This document shows positions 55,176 through 64,000 of a stretch of DNA of 64,000 nt, piece by piece. The stretch covers positions 641-64,640 of the forward strand of contig JAHDIM010000002.1 of NCBI GenBank assembly GCA_020630805.1, in the 5' to 3' direction. Position numbers and translations under genes: made by a program. The DNA comes from Anaerolineales bacterium. Lineage in GTDB: Bacteria > Chloroflexota > Anaerolineae > Anaerolineales > UBA6668. Each line of letters starts with the position of its first letter. Positions within the stretch are counted from its first letter, which is position 1. The notes below the pieces were generated by a model, which did not search any database, was not told the DNA's origin, and saw only the letters and a list, made by a program, of their open reading frames with translations.

Positions 55176-57557
55176 ATGCCCAACTATTTTTCCTCAACAA
55201 CCCAAAAACGCTGGATCTTTTTACTACTTGTTTTAGTCCTTACAACTGCGTGTACCGGTGGAGATGCTGGTAGCGAAATAACACCAGAGAATCTTTCTGA
55301 GACCCTTGAAGCTGCACCTGCTGGCGGGGGAGATACCTCTGAACTTCCCGCGCCAGAGGTAACTGTTGTCGAACCGACGCCAACGGTAGTGGTTGTCAAG
55401 CCGGAAGCGGTGGTGACAACCTACCTAGAAGCATGGAATAACCGCGACTTCAGCACAATGTACTCCTTGCTGTCTCCGTTTTCACGTGCCAATATCTCTC
55501 AAGAAGACTATATCTTTCGTATCAAACAGCAAACGCAACAGTTGACTCTAGAGTCTCTGGACTTCTCTATCTTAGGGGCACTTGCAGAAGGTGTTAGCGC
55601 ACAAGTGCAATACAAAATTGAGTTTGATACGTTACTCGTCGGCCCGCTTGAACGCGAGTATTTAGCAAATTTAGACTTGACTGACAACCAATGGGGCATT
55701 GTTTGGGATGATGCGCTCATTATGCCGGAACTTGAGGGCGGAAACTCTCTCTACATGGCACACAAGATCCCAGCGCGTGGCAATATTTATGACACAAATG
55801 GGCTCGCTCTCGCTGCGCAGGCAGATGCGGTTGGTATCTGGCTAGTGCCAGGCTTGATTGACCCTGAACGTGAATATGACATGCTTGAAGACTTGTCGAC
55901 AATTACAGGATTGCATCCTGAAGTGTTGCGACAGCGTTACGCCTTTGCGGGGCCAGACTGGTATATCCCAATGGGCGAAGCAACGTTGTCTGAACTACAG
56001 AATATTTATGATCGTTTGACCTCATATCCTGGCGTCAATGTGCGGAATTACAATGCGCGTTACTATCATGCTGGCGCTGCTGGCGCGCCGCACGCCGTTG
56101 GATACGTATCGTTTATTACCGAAGAAGAGCTAACGTCATATATCAATCGTGGGTATCAGGGCGATGAAAAGATTGGCCGTCTTGGCGTTGAACGTTGGGG
56201 CGAACAAAATATTACGGGTACGCGTGGCGCGACGTTGGTTGTGCTCAATCCTGATAATACGGTGCACTCAACGCTTGCAGACAGCGTGTCTACCCCAGCT
56301 GTATCTGTCAATTTGACGCTTGACCGCGAATTCCAACGCCAAGTGCAGCTTGCGCTACAAGATTACACAGGCGCAGCAGTCGTCATCGATATGAATAACG
56401 GGCATGTTTTAGCAATGGCTAGTAGCCCCAGCTTTGACCCAAACTGGTTTGACCCTGGGAACCCACATATTAGCCAACTTGGACAGATCTTTAGTGATGC
56501 CCGCCGCCCACTAATCAATCGCGCGACGCAAGGGTTGTATCCACCAGCGTCTACATTCAAAGTTGTTGGGATTGCCGCTGCGCTTGAGTCTGGGTTGTTT
56601 ACGTCTGACCAGATCATTTACTGCGGTCACACTTGGGATCGCCTTGGTGCTGGTTTTGAAAAACGTGACTGGACGCTTGAAAAAGAAGAAGAGCCTTCTG
56701 GTGACTTGGATATGGTCGGAGCGCTGCGTCGCTCATGTGACCCTTGGTTTTATGACATCGGCTATGACCTCTATCAGTGGGATCCAGACTACTTCTCAGA
56801 AATGACCGAAGCCTTTGGATTTGGGGCGCCAACAAACATTGTGGGTCTGAGTGCAGAGGTGCAAGAAGAACTCGCAGGCTTAGTCCCAGACACAGAATGG
56901 GCTACCAACTCTGATGGCAATTGGTTACTTGGAGATAGTGTCAACTTCTCAATTGGGCAAGGTGATTTGCTGACGACACCACTCCAAATTGCGAATGCCT
57001 ATGCCGCTATTGGGAATGGTGGAACACTGTATCGGCCGCAGCTCATTCAGTCTACGGTTGACTTAGATGGCAATATCATTTCTGAAATTGAGCCGGAAGT
57101 CATTCGTGAATTGCCTGTTTCAGAGGCAACCATGGATGTCTTATGGGCAGGATTATATGATGTCATTCGACATCCGAAAGGCACTGCCTACGACGTGATG
57201 GGAGCATTCCCATTTGAAGTCTATGGTAAGACGGGTACCGCCGAAGACCCGCCCAATGCACCGCACGCTTGGTTTGCAGGTTTTACGTATGAACAACGTG
57301 CCGACAAACCCGATATTGCAATTGCTGTCATCATTGAAAATGAAGGGGAAGGGTCAGAATTTGCAGCACCAATTTACCGCCGCATTGTGGAACTCTACTT
57401 CAATGGCCGTCCAATGAACTTATACCCTTGGGAAGAGTCTTACGGGTTGCCGAGTTCGTTGGTTGAAGACGAAACCGAAGAGGGGGCAACAGATGCAGAA
57501 ACAGCACCAGCCACTGAGGGCGAGCAAACGGACACACAAGGTGCTGAAGGCGGCTAA
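55176..57557 (+). CDS. Penicillin-binding protein 2-type transpeptidase with NTF2-like N-terminal domain
   Basis: The ATG at 55176 follows the maf stop. It has a signal/anchor IFLLLVLVLTTAC and the active-site motif PPASTFKVVG (SxxK). It also has KTGTAE (KTG) and an acidic C-terminal tail. Confidence 0.86.
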   Translation: MPNYFSSTTQKRWIFLLLVLVLTTACTGGDAGSEITPENLSETLEAAPAGGGDTSELPAPEVTVVEPTPTVVVVKPEAVVTTYLEAWNNRDFSTMYSLLSPFSRANISQEDYIFRIKQQTQQLTLESLDFSILGALAEGVSAQVQYKIEFDTLLVGPLEREYLANLDLTDNQWGIVWDDALIMPELEGGNSLYMAHKIPARGNIYDTNGLALAAQADAVGIWLVPGLIDPEREYDMLEDLSTITGLHPEVLRQRYAFAGPDWYIPMGEATLSELQNIYDRLTSYPGVNVRNYNARYYHAGAAGAPHAVGYVSFITEEELTSYINRGYQGDEKIGRLGVERWGEQNITGTRGATLVVLNPDNTVHSTLADSVSTPAVSVNLTLDREFQRQVQLALQDYTGAAVVIDMNNGHVLAMASSPSFDPNWFDPGNPHISQLGQIFSDARRPLINRATQGLYPPASTFKVVGIAAALESGLFTSDQIIYCGHTWDRLGAGFEKRDWTLEKEEEPSGDLDMVGALRRSCDPWFYDIGYDLYQWDPDYFSEMTEAFGFGAPTNIVGLSAEVQEELAGLVPDTEWATNSDGNWLLGDSVNFSIGQGDLLTTPLQIANAYAAIGNGGTLYRPQLIQSTVDLDGNIISEIEPEVIRELPVSEATMDVLWAGLYDVIRHPKGTAYDVMGAFPFEVYGKTGTAEDPPNAPHAWFAGFTYEQRADKPDIAIAVIIENEGEGSEFAAPIYRRIVELYFNGRPMNLYPWEESYGLPSSLVEDETEEGATDAETAPATEGEQTDTQGAEGG

Positions 57558-57564
57558 TTAATCC

Positions 57565-58539
57565 ATGACTGATATAGACTTGCCGGTCGGTGCCATTTAC
57601 GATGGCCTTGTTATTAGCGCCAAGAGTGGCTTTTTTACGGTTCACACTGAAGCTGGTCAGGTCATCTGTCGTTTGCGTGGGCGGATCAAGAAAAAGCGCT
57701 TAGAAGACGGATTTGCCACGATTGGAGATCGGGTTGAAATTCAAGTCAATGAAGATCAGTCTGGCACCATCAATAAAATTTATCCTCGGAGTAGCGTTAT
57801 TGCGCGCGAAGCGAAGCACACGCGTACAAGGCGCTACAAAAACTACAATCGGCGTGAAGAAGCGCAGCTAATTGTTGCAAATCCTGACCAAATTGTGTTG
57901 GTCTTTGCTTGCGCTAACCCCAGCCCAAAGCCGCGCATGTTGGATCGGTATTTAGTAGTTGCGGAAGCCAATCAAATTCCAGTTGTCATTTGTGGCAATA
58001 AGTCAGATTTGGTTAGTCAAGCCGAGGCTGAAGCCATTTTTATGCCTTATGAAGACTTAGGCTATAAGGTTTTGCTGACCAGCACGATCAACGGCGCTGG
58101 AATTACAGAGTTGGCTGAATTACTAGCTGGCAAGATTTCTGCATTTACTGGCCCCTCTGGGGTTGGAAAGTCTTCGCTTTTGAATGCTATTCAACCCGGC
58201 CTAGGGATTGCTGTGGGTGGGGTGAGCCAAGCCACAACTAAAGGGAAACATACAACCGTTCATTCGCAAATGTTCCCGCTTTCCTCCTCCGGCTGGATTG
58301 CAGATACGCCCGGAATTCGGTCACTGGCCTTGTATGACATGGAGCCAGATGAGCTAGATGCCTACTTCGTTGAAATCGCGCCATTTGTTGCCGATTGCGA
58401 ATTTAGCGATTGCTCACATCAGCATGAGCCAAAATGTGCAGTAAAGTCTGCGGTAGATACTGGTACGGTTTCAGTGCGTCGGTATGAAAGCTATTTGGCT
58501 ATGCGATTTGGCGCAGATAGCCTCAACGAAGAAGAATGA
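57565..58539 (+). CDS. rsgA: Ribosome small-subunit-dependent GTPase A
   Basis: 324 aa. It has the circularly permuted GTPase motifs NKSDL and GPSGVGKSSLLNA, and the zinc motif CEFSDCSHQHEPKCAV. Confidence 0.9.
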   Translation: MTDIDLPVGAIYDGLVISAKSGFFTVHTEAGQVICRLRGRIKKKRLEDGFATIGDRVEIQVNEDQSGTINKIYPRSSVIAREAKHTRTRRYKNYNRREEAQLIVANPDQIVLVFACANPSPKPRMLDRYLVVAEANQIPVVICGNKSDLVSQAEAEAIFMPYEDLGYKVLLTSTINGAGITELAELLAGKISAFTGPSGVGKSSLLNAIQPGLGIAVGGVSQATTKGKHTTVHSQMFPLSSSGWIADTPGIRSLALYDMEPDELDAYFVEIAPFVADCEFSDCSHQHEPKCAVKSAVDTGTVSVRRYESYLAMRFGADSLNEEE

Positions 58540-58709
58540 GTAGCGCGTAAGTCATTCGAAAGTAAAAGTTGTTTACCAATAAACGCTAGACAGCTGTGTA
58601 AATCTTAATGTTCTCAACGAAATCTCAATTAATCTCGATGAAACATTAAGATTAGCAATTTACTTATCCGGTTTATTAAGATGGTGCAGGGCTATAATCC
58701 TAATAGCCC

Positions 58710-59756
58710 ATGATTACCCAATTAGTCCTTAAGTTTGCGAGGTTGGTAAGCAGGGTCGCTAATAGGAGTAATCCTCTCCTCTTCTGTGCTCTCTTCCTAA
58801 TCCTTGCTTCTGCAGTGTCTGGATTTAGTGTCTCTAGAGCGGGAACGCCTAGCGATACTGAAGAGCCGACTGCGACCAAGGTCCACTTCCCTGAAACTGG
58901 ATATTCAGTTCAGTTTGCATTCCTCGAATTTTTCAACGCCTATGGCGGATTGGATGTCTTTGGCTACCCTATTACCAACGAATATGTGGACCCAATTACG
59001 GGGATTACGGTGCAGTATTTTGAAAATGCACGCTTTGAATGGTGGCCAAATGCCGCACCCGGACAACGGGTCAAACTGGGCTTACTGGGCGATGAAAATG
59101 AATTGCGTAGTGATGCGCCGCCAACCAAGAACGGCAATATATGTTGGCCTTCTGACGTAACTGGGTATTACATTTGCGACTCATTCCTTGATTTTTATCA
59201 GTCGCATGGCGGTAAGCTTGTGTTTGGTCCGCCAATTGGCGATAGCTACATTAACAGCACAGGGACTAAGCAAGCGCAAAATTTCCAACGCATGCAAATG
59301 GTAATGGACACGCAAACAGGCGTGGTGACCATTAGCCACTTGGGTCGTTACTCTTGCGAGAACCGTTACGAAAATGCTACCTGTGAGCAGTTTACTAAGG
59401 CGGTGTGTGGCGACTATCAGGCCGTGCTGCCTCTTCACATTGATCCATCGCTTGAACTCACAAAGACGCGGCCTGGGGATGTCCAGACGGTCAAAGCTCT
59501 CGTTCAAGACAGTATGCAGAAGCCGGTCTGTGGTGTTGCCGTTCGCTTTACCATTTCTGTTGATGCAGTCGGGGTAGACGGAATTCGTCCCCAGCCGAAT
59601 GTTTATGAGACGACAACACAAGTCAATGGATTGGCAACGCAGTCTTACACCCAATGGGACGCACCTAAAAGCGCTAAAATGACCGTGCTTGTAGAGGCCG
59701 TATATCAGGGTGTGATTTATACTGACACGACCCAATATAGCCATTGGCAGAAATAG
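58710..59756 (+). CDS. Membrane-anchored extracytoplasmic protein with two LGFP-like repeats and an Ig-like C-terminal domain (tentative)
   Basis: 348 aa. It has an N-terminal TM helix, the repeats FLEFFNAYGGLDVFGYPITNEY...QYFENARFEW and FLDFYQSHGGKLVFGPPIGDSY, and a beta-rich C-terminus. Confidence 0.6.
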   Translation: MITQLVLKFARLVSRVANRSNPLLFCALFLILASAVSGFSVSRAGTPSDTEEPTATKVHFPETGYSVQFAFLEFFNAYGGLDVFGYPITNEYVDPITGITVQYFENARFEWWPNAAPGQRVKLGLLGDENELRSDAPPTKNGNICWPSDVTGYYICDSFLDFYQSHGGKLVFGPPIGDSYINSTGTKQAQNFQRMQMVMDTQTGVVTISHLGRYSCENRYENATCEQFTKAVCGDYQAVLPLHIDPSLELTKTRPGDVQTVKALVQDSMQKPVCGVAVRFTISVDAVGVDGIRPQPNVYETTTQVNGLATQSYTQWDAPKSAKMTVLVEAVYQGVIYTDTTQYSHWQK

Positions 59757-59926
59757 AGTTTAGTGAAACCTGACTAGTGGTTTGTCATAGATAAAAGCGA
59801 GGCTTCTTTTCTGCTTGATATCAAGAGCAAAATATTCAAACCCTAATCCTCAAGATTGGCAAATCACTAGGACTTTCGCTCACTGAGCTTGTCGTCCGCA
59901 GGTAAGGGGTGCCGCTAGTGACAATA

Positions 59927-59962
59927 AAAAAGGCCGTTGCAAACGTTTGCAACGGCCTTTTT
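59927..59962. terminator. Bidirectional terminator (perfect 36-nt palindrome)
   Basis: AAAAAGGCCGTTGCAAAC / GTTTGCAACGGCCTTTTT, between convergent genes. Confidence 0.78.
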
Positions 59963-59983
59963 GTTTTTGTGTTGGACGTCCAG

Positions 59984-60205
59984 TTAGATCCCTTCTTCAA
60001 ATTCGTCAGGATCTTCTTCCCATGTCAAGATCCACACGCACAGGGCGGCCACAGATAGTGTTGAAAGAACAAGCATGCACCATTGGAATAAATTCAAGCC
60101 AGCGTTACGACCTGAGTACATCACAATGGCAACCATCCCTATTCCGAGCACTAACCAACCGCTCAAACGAGGGTGGTCTTGCGCCCAATCTAATAACTTT
60201 TGCAT
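59984..60205 (-). CDS. Small two-TM membrane protein
   Basis: 73 aa, with two hydrophobic helices. It starts 19 nt downstream of the coaE stop on the same strand. Confidence 0.5.
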   Translation of the reverse strand: MQKLLDWAQDHPRLSGWLVLGIGMVAIVMYSGRNAGLNLFQWCMLVLSTLSVAALCVWILTWEEDPDEFEEGI

Positions 60206-60224
60206 TTTCTAATGTCTCGCTGTA

Positions 60225-61373
60225 TTAAACAGGGCGAAGAACCCGTTTTTCTCTAAGTTTTTTGAGCAAACACACTTCAGTGTCTTCTGCAAATTCTTTC
60301 GCAGCTTCACGCCACGCGGAAATTCGAATTTCACTTGGTTTCAGCGCATTGTAACTTAGCGCTTTGAAGTGATTTTCAAGATCTGTGTAGATGTCTTTAT
60401 TGACAAAGAGCAGCGCTGCTTCTGCTTGTAGCGTTTTGGCGTCTTCTTCAAGCTGACTAAGCAGCGGCGCGACGACCTCTGCAGCATTAGTAGAGTTTGC
60501 AAATTGCAATTCATTGATGCTGACAATCAGATTTTCGATTTGCCAACCGGCAATTGCTTTGACGTCTTCACCGCTAAGCGCAATGAAGTAAGCGCGTTGC
60601 CCAAACAGGCCAATGACATCAGAGCGGGACAGATCTAGACTAGGATCTAGATCATTTAAGAACGCTGCAATTTGCCGTGCATCACTTGGTGTTGCCCGCC
60701 GGATGACCATGGCATTGTCTTGCGCTGCTGTTTTGGCTTCGCTCGTTGGCGCACCAAAAAGCGCAATCCAAGCGGTACGCACTTGTTCCCAAGTGTGTTC
60801 GTAGCTCAACCCATTGTTAATGACAACATCGGCTTGTTTGGTTTTTTCAGCTTGTGGATTTTGAACTTCCACGCGGCGCTTGGCATCTTTAGGCGCCATT
60901 TGACGCTTGTCAATTAGCCGGGCAATGCGGATGTCCTGCGGTGCGTCTGCAACCCAAATTTGGTCGCAAAAGCCAGACAAAGACCCTTCCATTAATTTGA
61001 TCGCTTCAATCACGATCACATCTTGGGGTGAGCGTTCAATGAGCGCTGCAATCGCTTGGCGCACAATTGGATGAATGATGGCTTCAAGCATCTTCAGCGC
61101 TTCAGGGTCGTTGAAGACAATGCCACCTAAGCGCTGCCGATTGATTTGCCCTTCGTCGTTCAACACGTAACGGCCAAAGGTTTGCACAATTGGGCGATAA
61201 GCCGGTGCGCCTTTCGCCATTGCGAGGTGGGTTAGACCATCTGCATCAATGCCAAACGCGCCTAAGTGTTGCAACATGCGCCGCACCACACTCTTGCCGG
61301 TGGCAATGTTGCCGGTCAGGCCAATAATGGTTTTGCCTTCTGGTTTTTGGAGAGGTGGGGCTTCATTACTCAT
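60225..61373 (-). CDS. coaE: Dephospho-CoA kinase fused to a ~170-aa C-terminal domain (GNAT-like, degenerate)
   Basis: 382 aa. The N-terminal IIGLTGNIATGKSVV P-loop and the following ~200 aa fit CoaE. The C-terminal part starts VIRRATPSDARQIAAFLND but lacks a readable Q/RxxGxG/A motif. Confidence 0.82.
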   Translation of the reverse strand: MSNEAPPLQKPEGKTIIGLTGNIATGKSVVRRMLQHLGAFGIDADGLTHLAMAKGAPAYRPIVQTFGRYVLNDEGQINRQRLGGIVFNDPEALKMLEAIIHPIVRQAIAALIERSPQDVIVIEAIKLMEGSLSGFCDQIWVADAPQDIRIARLIDKRQMAPKDAKRRVEVQNPQAEKTKQADVVINNGLSYEHTWEQVRTAWIALFGAPTSEAKTAAQDNAMVIRRATPSDARQIAAFLNDLDPSLDLSRSDVIGLFGQRAYFIALSGEDVKAIAGWQIENLIVSINELQFANSTNAAEVVAPLLSQLEEDAKTLQAEAALLFVNKDIYTDLENHFKALSYNALKPSEIRISAWREAAKEFAEDTEVCLLKKLREKRVLRPV

Positions 61374-61477
61374 AGTGCTATTTGTATTCTATGCGCCCCG
61401 TATTTGGCAGTCAAGCATCAACCAATTTGGGTTGACGCTAAAGTTTGCGTGACGTTTGTCTACTGGTTAGTCGAAGT

Positions 61478-62041
61478 TTAGAAAAGCGTGTCTAGCGAAT
61501 GTAATGGCAGCGCTTTTCCGGCGATTAGAAAGTAACTTTGGTTTGCAGCCTCTGCAAGGCGTTGGTTGACTCTGCCCAAAATGTCACGATACAAGCGCCC
61601 AACTGCATTTTCTGGCACAAGCCCTAACCCAACTTCATTGGAGACTAAAATCCATTTGAATTTACTAACTTTGATGGTTGCGAGAAGTGCCTCCAATTCA
61701 GTTTGGACGGCGGCTTCTGCTTTCGTAGCATTGGGCGTGTCAAAGTTGTCAATCGTGGCGAGCATGACGTTGCTTACTAACATTGTGATGCAGTCTAGCA
61801 ATACAAGGGTGGCGTTTGTTTCAACTGCTGTAAGCGTAGCGGCAACATTTAAGTTTGCTTCTAGCGTTTGCCAGTGAGTAGGACGGTCAGAAATGTGGCG
61901 CGTAATACGGGCTTGCATTTCCGAATCGAAGGCTTGGGCCGTTGCTATGTAGAGGACGTGTTGATGTTGCTGGGCAATGGCTTCAGCAATTCGTGATTTT
62001 CCACTTCGGGCGCCCCCAAGCAAGAGGGTCAGGTCGCTCAC
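61478..62041 (-). CDS. cobU: Bifunctional adenosylcobinamide kinase / adenosylcobinamide-phosphate guanylyltransferase
   Basis: It has the P-loop LLLGGARSGKSRIAE. The GTG at 62041 shares one nt with the cbiB TAG (ATAGTGA) and gives a typical ~187-aa CobU. The track ATG at 62104 would overlap cbiB by 64 nt. Confidence 0.83.
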   Translation of the reverse strand: MSDLTLLLGGARSGKSRIAEAIAQQHQHVLYIATAQAFDSEMQARITRHISDRPTHWQTLEANLNVAATLTAVETNATLVLLDCITMLVSNVMLATIDNFDTPNATKAEAAVQTELEALLATIKVSKFKWILVSNEVGLGLVPENAVGRLYRDILGRVNQRLAEAANQSYFLIAGKALPLHSLDTLF

Positions 62042-62979
62042 TATCGATTGCGGCGCGTTGCGAAGATGCCGCTGAGTAGGGTGGCAATTGCCACAGTGAG
62101 CCACATGAGGATGCGCGCTTGATCAATGTCGTCGCGATTAGGTATGCGGCCATTCGGATGCAGATTGTAATGACCGACTTTTTCGAGACTTACATCGAGT
62201 GCAGCTGCTGCTGCGCTCATCGGATAGCCTGCATTGGGGCTAGCAGTTTCCGATTGATTCGTGTAGATGATCTCAATCGATTCATTGGGATTGCGACCGA
62301 GTAGACGACCAACCAACACCATAATCATTGCGGATAGACGCGCTGGTAACCAATTCAGCACATCGTCTAATTTGGCGGGGAACTTTCCTAACCATTCGCG
62401 TTCGGCATCACGATAGCCCAGCATTGCATCTGCGGTATTTGCAAAGCGATAGGCCAAGGCGCCTGGCAGGCCAAATAGTGCGTAGAACAACAAAGGCGCA
62501 ACAACGCCATCTGACGTGTTTTCGGCAACGGACTCAATTGTGGCTGCCGCAACTTGCGGTTCGTTCAAGCCACTGGTGTCGCGGCTTACTAAATGCCACG
62601 AAAGCTGTTGCTGTGCTTTTGGTAAGTCATATTGCTTGAGTGCTGTACTAACCTCGGCAGCAGCGTCATCTAGGCCGCGCACTGAAAAAGTGGATTTCAG
62701 CACAATTGCCTGTAGCAATAACCGCAGAGAATTGGGTAAATTACGGCTAACAAATTCGAGAACCACACCTGCCAACGCAGACAGTCCTAGACCAGTTGCG
62801 CTAATGCCAACACCAGTGGTGTAATCTGATTCATTTTGTTGGAGTGTTGCTTGCTCTTTGAGTTTTGCAATTAGAGTGCCCATCCATGCCACAGGGTGCC
62901 ATTTGTTTGGTGGGTCGCCAAAGATGACATCAATTGCAAGTGCGAGCAGCACGACCAAGGGAGACGTAGAACGATTCAT
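62041..62979 (-). CDS. cbiB: Adenosylcobinamide-phosphate synthase
   Basis: The ATG at 62979 (TAATG overlap with the cobS stop) gives MNRSTSPLVVLLALAIDVIFGDPPNKWHPVAWMG, the canonical CbiB/CobD N-terminus. Confidence 0.87.
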   Translation of the reverse strand: MNRSTSPLVVLLALAIDVIFGDPPNKWHPVAWMGTLIAKLKEQATLQQNESDYTTGVGISATGLGLSALAGVVLEFVSRNLPNSLRLLLQAIVLKSTFSVRGLDDAAAEVSTALKQYDLPKAQQQLSWHLVSRDTSGLNEPQVAAATIESVAENTSDGVVAPLLFYALFGLPGALAYRFANTADAMLGYRDAEREWLGKFPAKLDDVLNWLPARLSAMIMVLVGRLLGRNPNESIEIIYTNQSETASPNAGYPMSAAAAALDVSLEKVGHYNLHPNGRIPNRDDIDQARILMWLTVAIATLLSGIFATRRNR

Positions 62980-63761
62980 TACAAGAGTGTCGGTGGCAAT
63001 GCCACAATGCAGGCGAGAACGAGTGCTTCGGTGAGTTCGCAAATTGCACCATAGCTATCCCCGGTCAAGCCTTTGATTTTCAACATACATAGCCCACTGA
63101 ATGCCAATACCCCGAGCAGGGCCACACCAAGGTAGACTAGCCCAGTCAGCCCAGCGCCCATCCACAGTACCAAGACAACGGCCAGATTGGCTATGCAGAT
63201 ATGGTGCCAGGAGGCATGCGCTTTCATGGTTGTGCCTAGCCCTTGTTTGCGAGCATATGGGAAGCCAACGAGCGCAATAGACATTGCCCAGCGTCCCAAT
63301 GTGGCGGCCAGAATTAGGCTTACGAACGGAACGTCCAGCGCGGAAAGTAGCGCAAATTTAAGTAGCAATAAGGCACCGCCACCGGCAACACCAAAAGCGC
63401 CCACCCGCGAGTCGCGCATAATTTCGAGGCGACGTTCAACTGTGTACCCGCCGAATAATCCATCACAAGAGTCTAGCCAACCATCGAAGTGAAGTGCGCC
63501 AGTGAGTAAGAGCCAAAGTCCTAAGGTTAGTGCCGCTGCAACGCTTGCTGGCAGAATACTGTTTAGTCCAAGTTGCGCTGTGCCCAAAATTGCACCAAGC
63601 ACAATGCCAATGTAAGGCAAGAACGCGACTGCATTGCCAAGCTCTTGATCTGCAAATAAACGTTTTACGACGGGTGGGGCGATTGTAGAAAACTGTAACG
63701 CAGCCGCAAAGCTGCCAACTAAGGTGGCTTTTTCAGGCTTTGCGGCGTCGGTTACAGTCAT
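62979..63761 (-). CDS. cobS: Adenosylcobinamide-GDP ribazoletransferase (cobalamin synthase)
   Basis: 260 aa, polytopic. It has LQFSTIAPP near the N-terminus and LDSCDGLFGG (the CobS D..DG motif). Confidence 0.87.
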   Translation of the reverse strand: MTVTDAAKPEKATLVGSFAAALQFSTIAPPVVKRLFADQELGNAVAFLPYIGIVLGAILGTAQLGLNSILPASVAAALTLGLWLLLTGALHFDGWLDSCDGLFGGYTVERRLEIMRDSRVGAFGVAGGGALLLLKFALLSALDVPFVSLILAATLGRWAMSIALVGFPYARKQGLGTTMKAHASWHHICIANLAVVLVLWMGAGLTGLVYLGVALLGVLAFSGLCMLKIKGLTGDSYGAICELTEALVLACIVALPPTLL

Positions 63762-63923
63762 TGAGATTTCAGATAGAGATAGAGAAACGCGCTAGAGACA
63801 GAGAAAAATGTTTTCAATGCAACACTACAGCTGGGATCTAAGCTGCTTATTCCCTCTGTAAAATCTCTGCCTTGTAATTACAAAATAACAATTAACAAAT
63901 AATAGTTATCTATTAATTATTAG

Positions 63924-64000
63924 TCAGTCTTTATTGCTAACGCCTGCGTCTTCAAAGGTAGCCATATCGCTCAAGATTTTGCAAGATGCTTGCACAATTG
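63924..64000 (-). CDS. cobT: Nicotinate-nucleotide--dimethylbenzimidazole phosphoribosyltransferase, C-terminal 25 codons only (tentative)
   Basis: The minus-strand frame reads ...IVQASCKILSDMATFEDAGVSNKD then stops (TGA at 63926-63924). The ending M.TFE.AGVS is how I remember CobT proteins ending, and the gene sits upstream of cobS-cbiB-cobU. Confidence 0.45.
   Translation of the reverse strand, partial: IVQASCKILSDMATFEDAGVSNKD

Noticed and set aside
63762-63923. Cobalamin riboswitch or other element in the AT-rich 160-nt gap between cobT and cobS, which contains AGATAGAGATAGAGA and GAGACAGAGA runs
   Set aside because: The gap is too short and AT-rich for a cobalamin aptamer, and no B12-box-like string is present. 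The purine runs are short and I cannot distinguish them from chance. Any riboswitch would be expected upstream of the operon, outside this window.

Overview
This 64-kb window looks like a chromosomal segment from a bacterium with mid-range GC. Gene content and promoter style suggest Chloroflexota, but that is a low-confidence inference. I support about 58 protein-coding genes. CDS ends come from the supplied ORF track. About 15 starts were moved after reading RBS or overlap context. Small-feature coordinates were indexed by hand and may be off by 1-2 nt. I recognised no rRNA, tRNA, CRISPR array, transposase or integrase.

Housekeeping genes:
- rph, nusB, fabG, xpt-guaA, trmD, maf, a PBP2-type transpeptidase, rsgA and coaE.
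- The tail of a cobalamin operon: cobT (partial), cobS, cbiB, cobU.

Accessory and regulatory content:
- A PadR / BtrH_N-DUF4872 pair next to a heterodimeric ABC exporter.
- Two MacB/FtsX-type efflux modules with a TetR regulator and a lipoprotein adaptor carrying a very long coiled coil.
- Two sensor kinases, a REC-GAF protein, a Ser/Thr kinase with an FHA domain, and a GH2 beta-galactosidase.
- A tightly coupled nurA / 196-aa ORF / herA cassette.

Most unusual signals:
1. An ~860-nt non-coding gap (21.5-22.4 kb) holds a tandemly duplicated module that looks like structured RNA. It has compensatory base changes, five hairpin+AGAGAGG units and an internal intrinsic terminator.
2. An 18-nt direct-repeat box (TTATAAC-N4-TTATAAC) occurs three times: twice in that gap and once in front of an XRE regulator gene.
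3. The three-gene NurA/X/HerA cassette, whose middle gene is unexplained.
4. A DapF-fold protein with both catalytic cysteines replaced by serine, abutting a 7TM sensor kinase gene.
5. A (GCCAACA)x5 tandem repeat forming the whole leader of the kinase-FHA gene.

All functional calls rest on motif reading and memory of protein families. No database search was possible.
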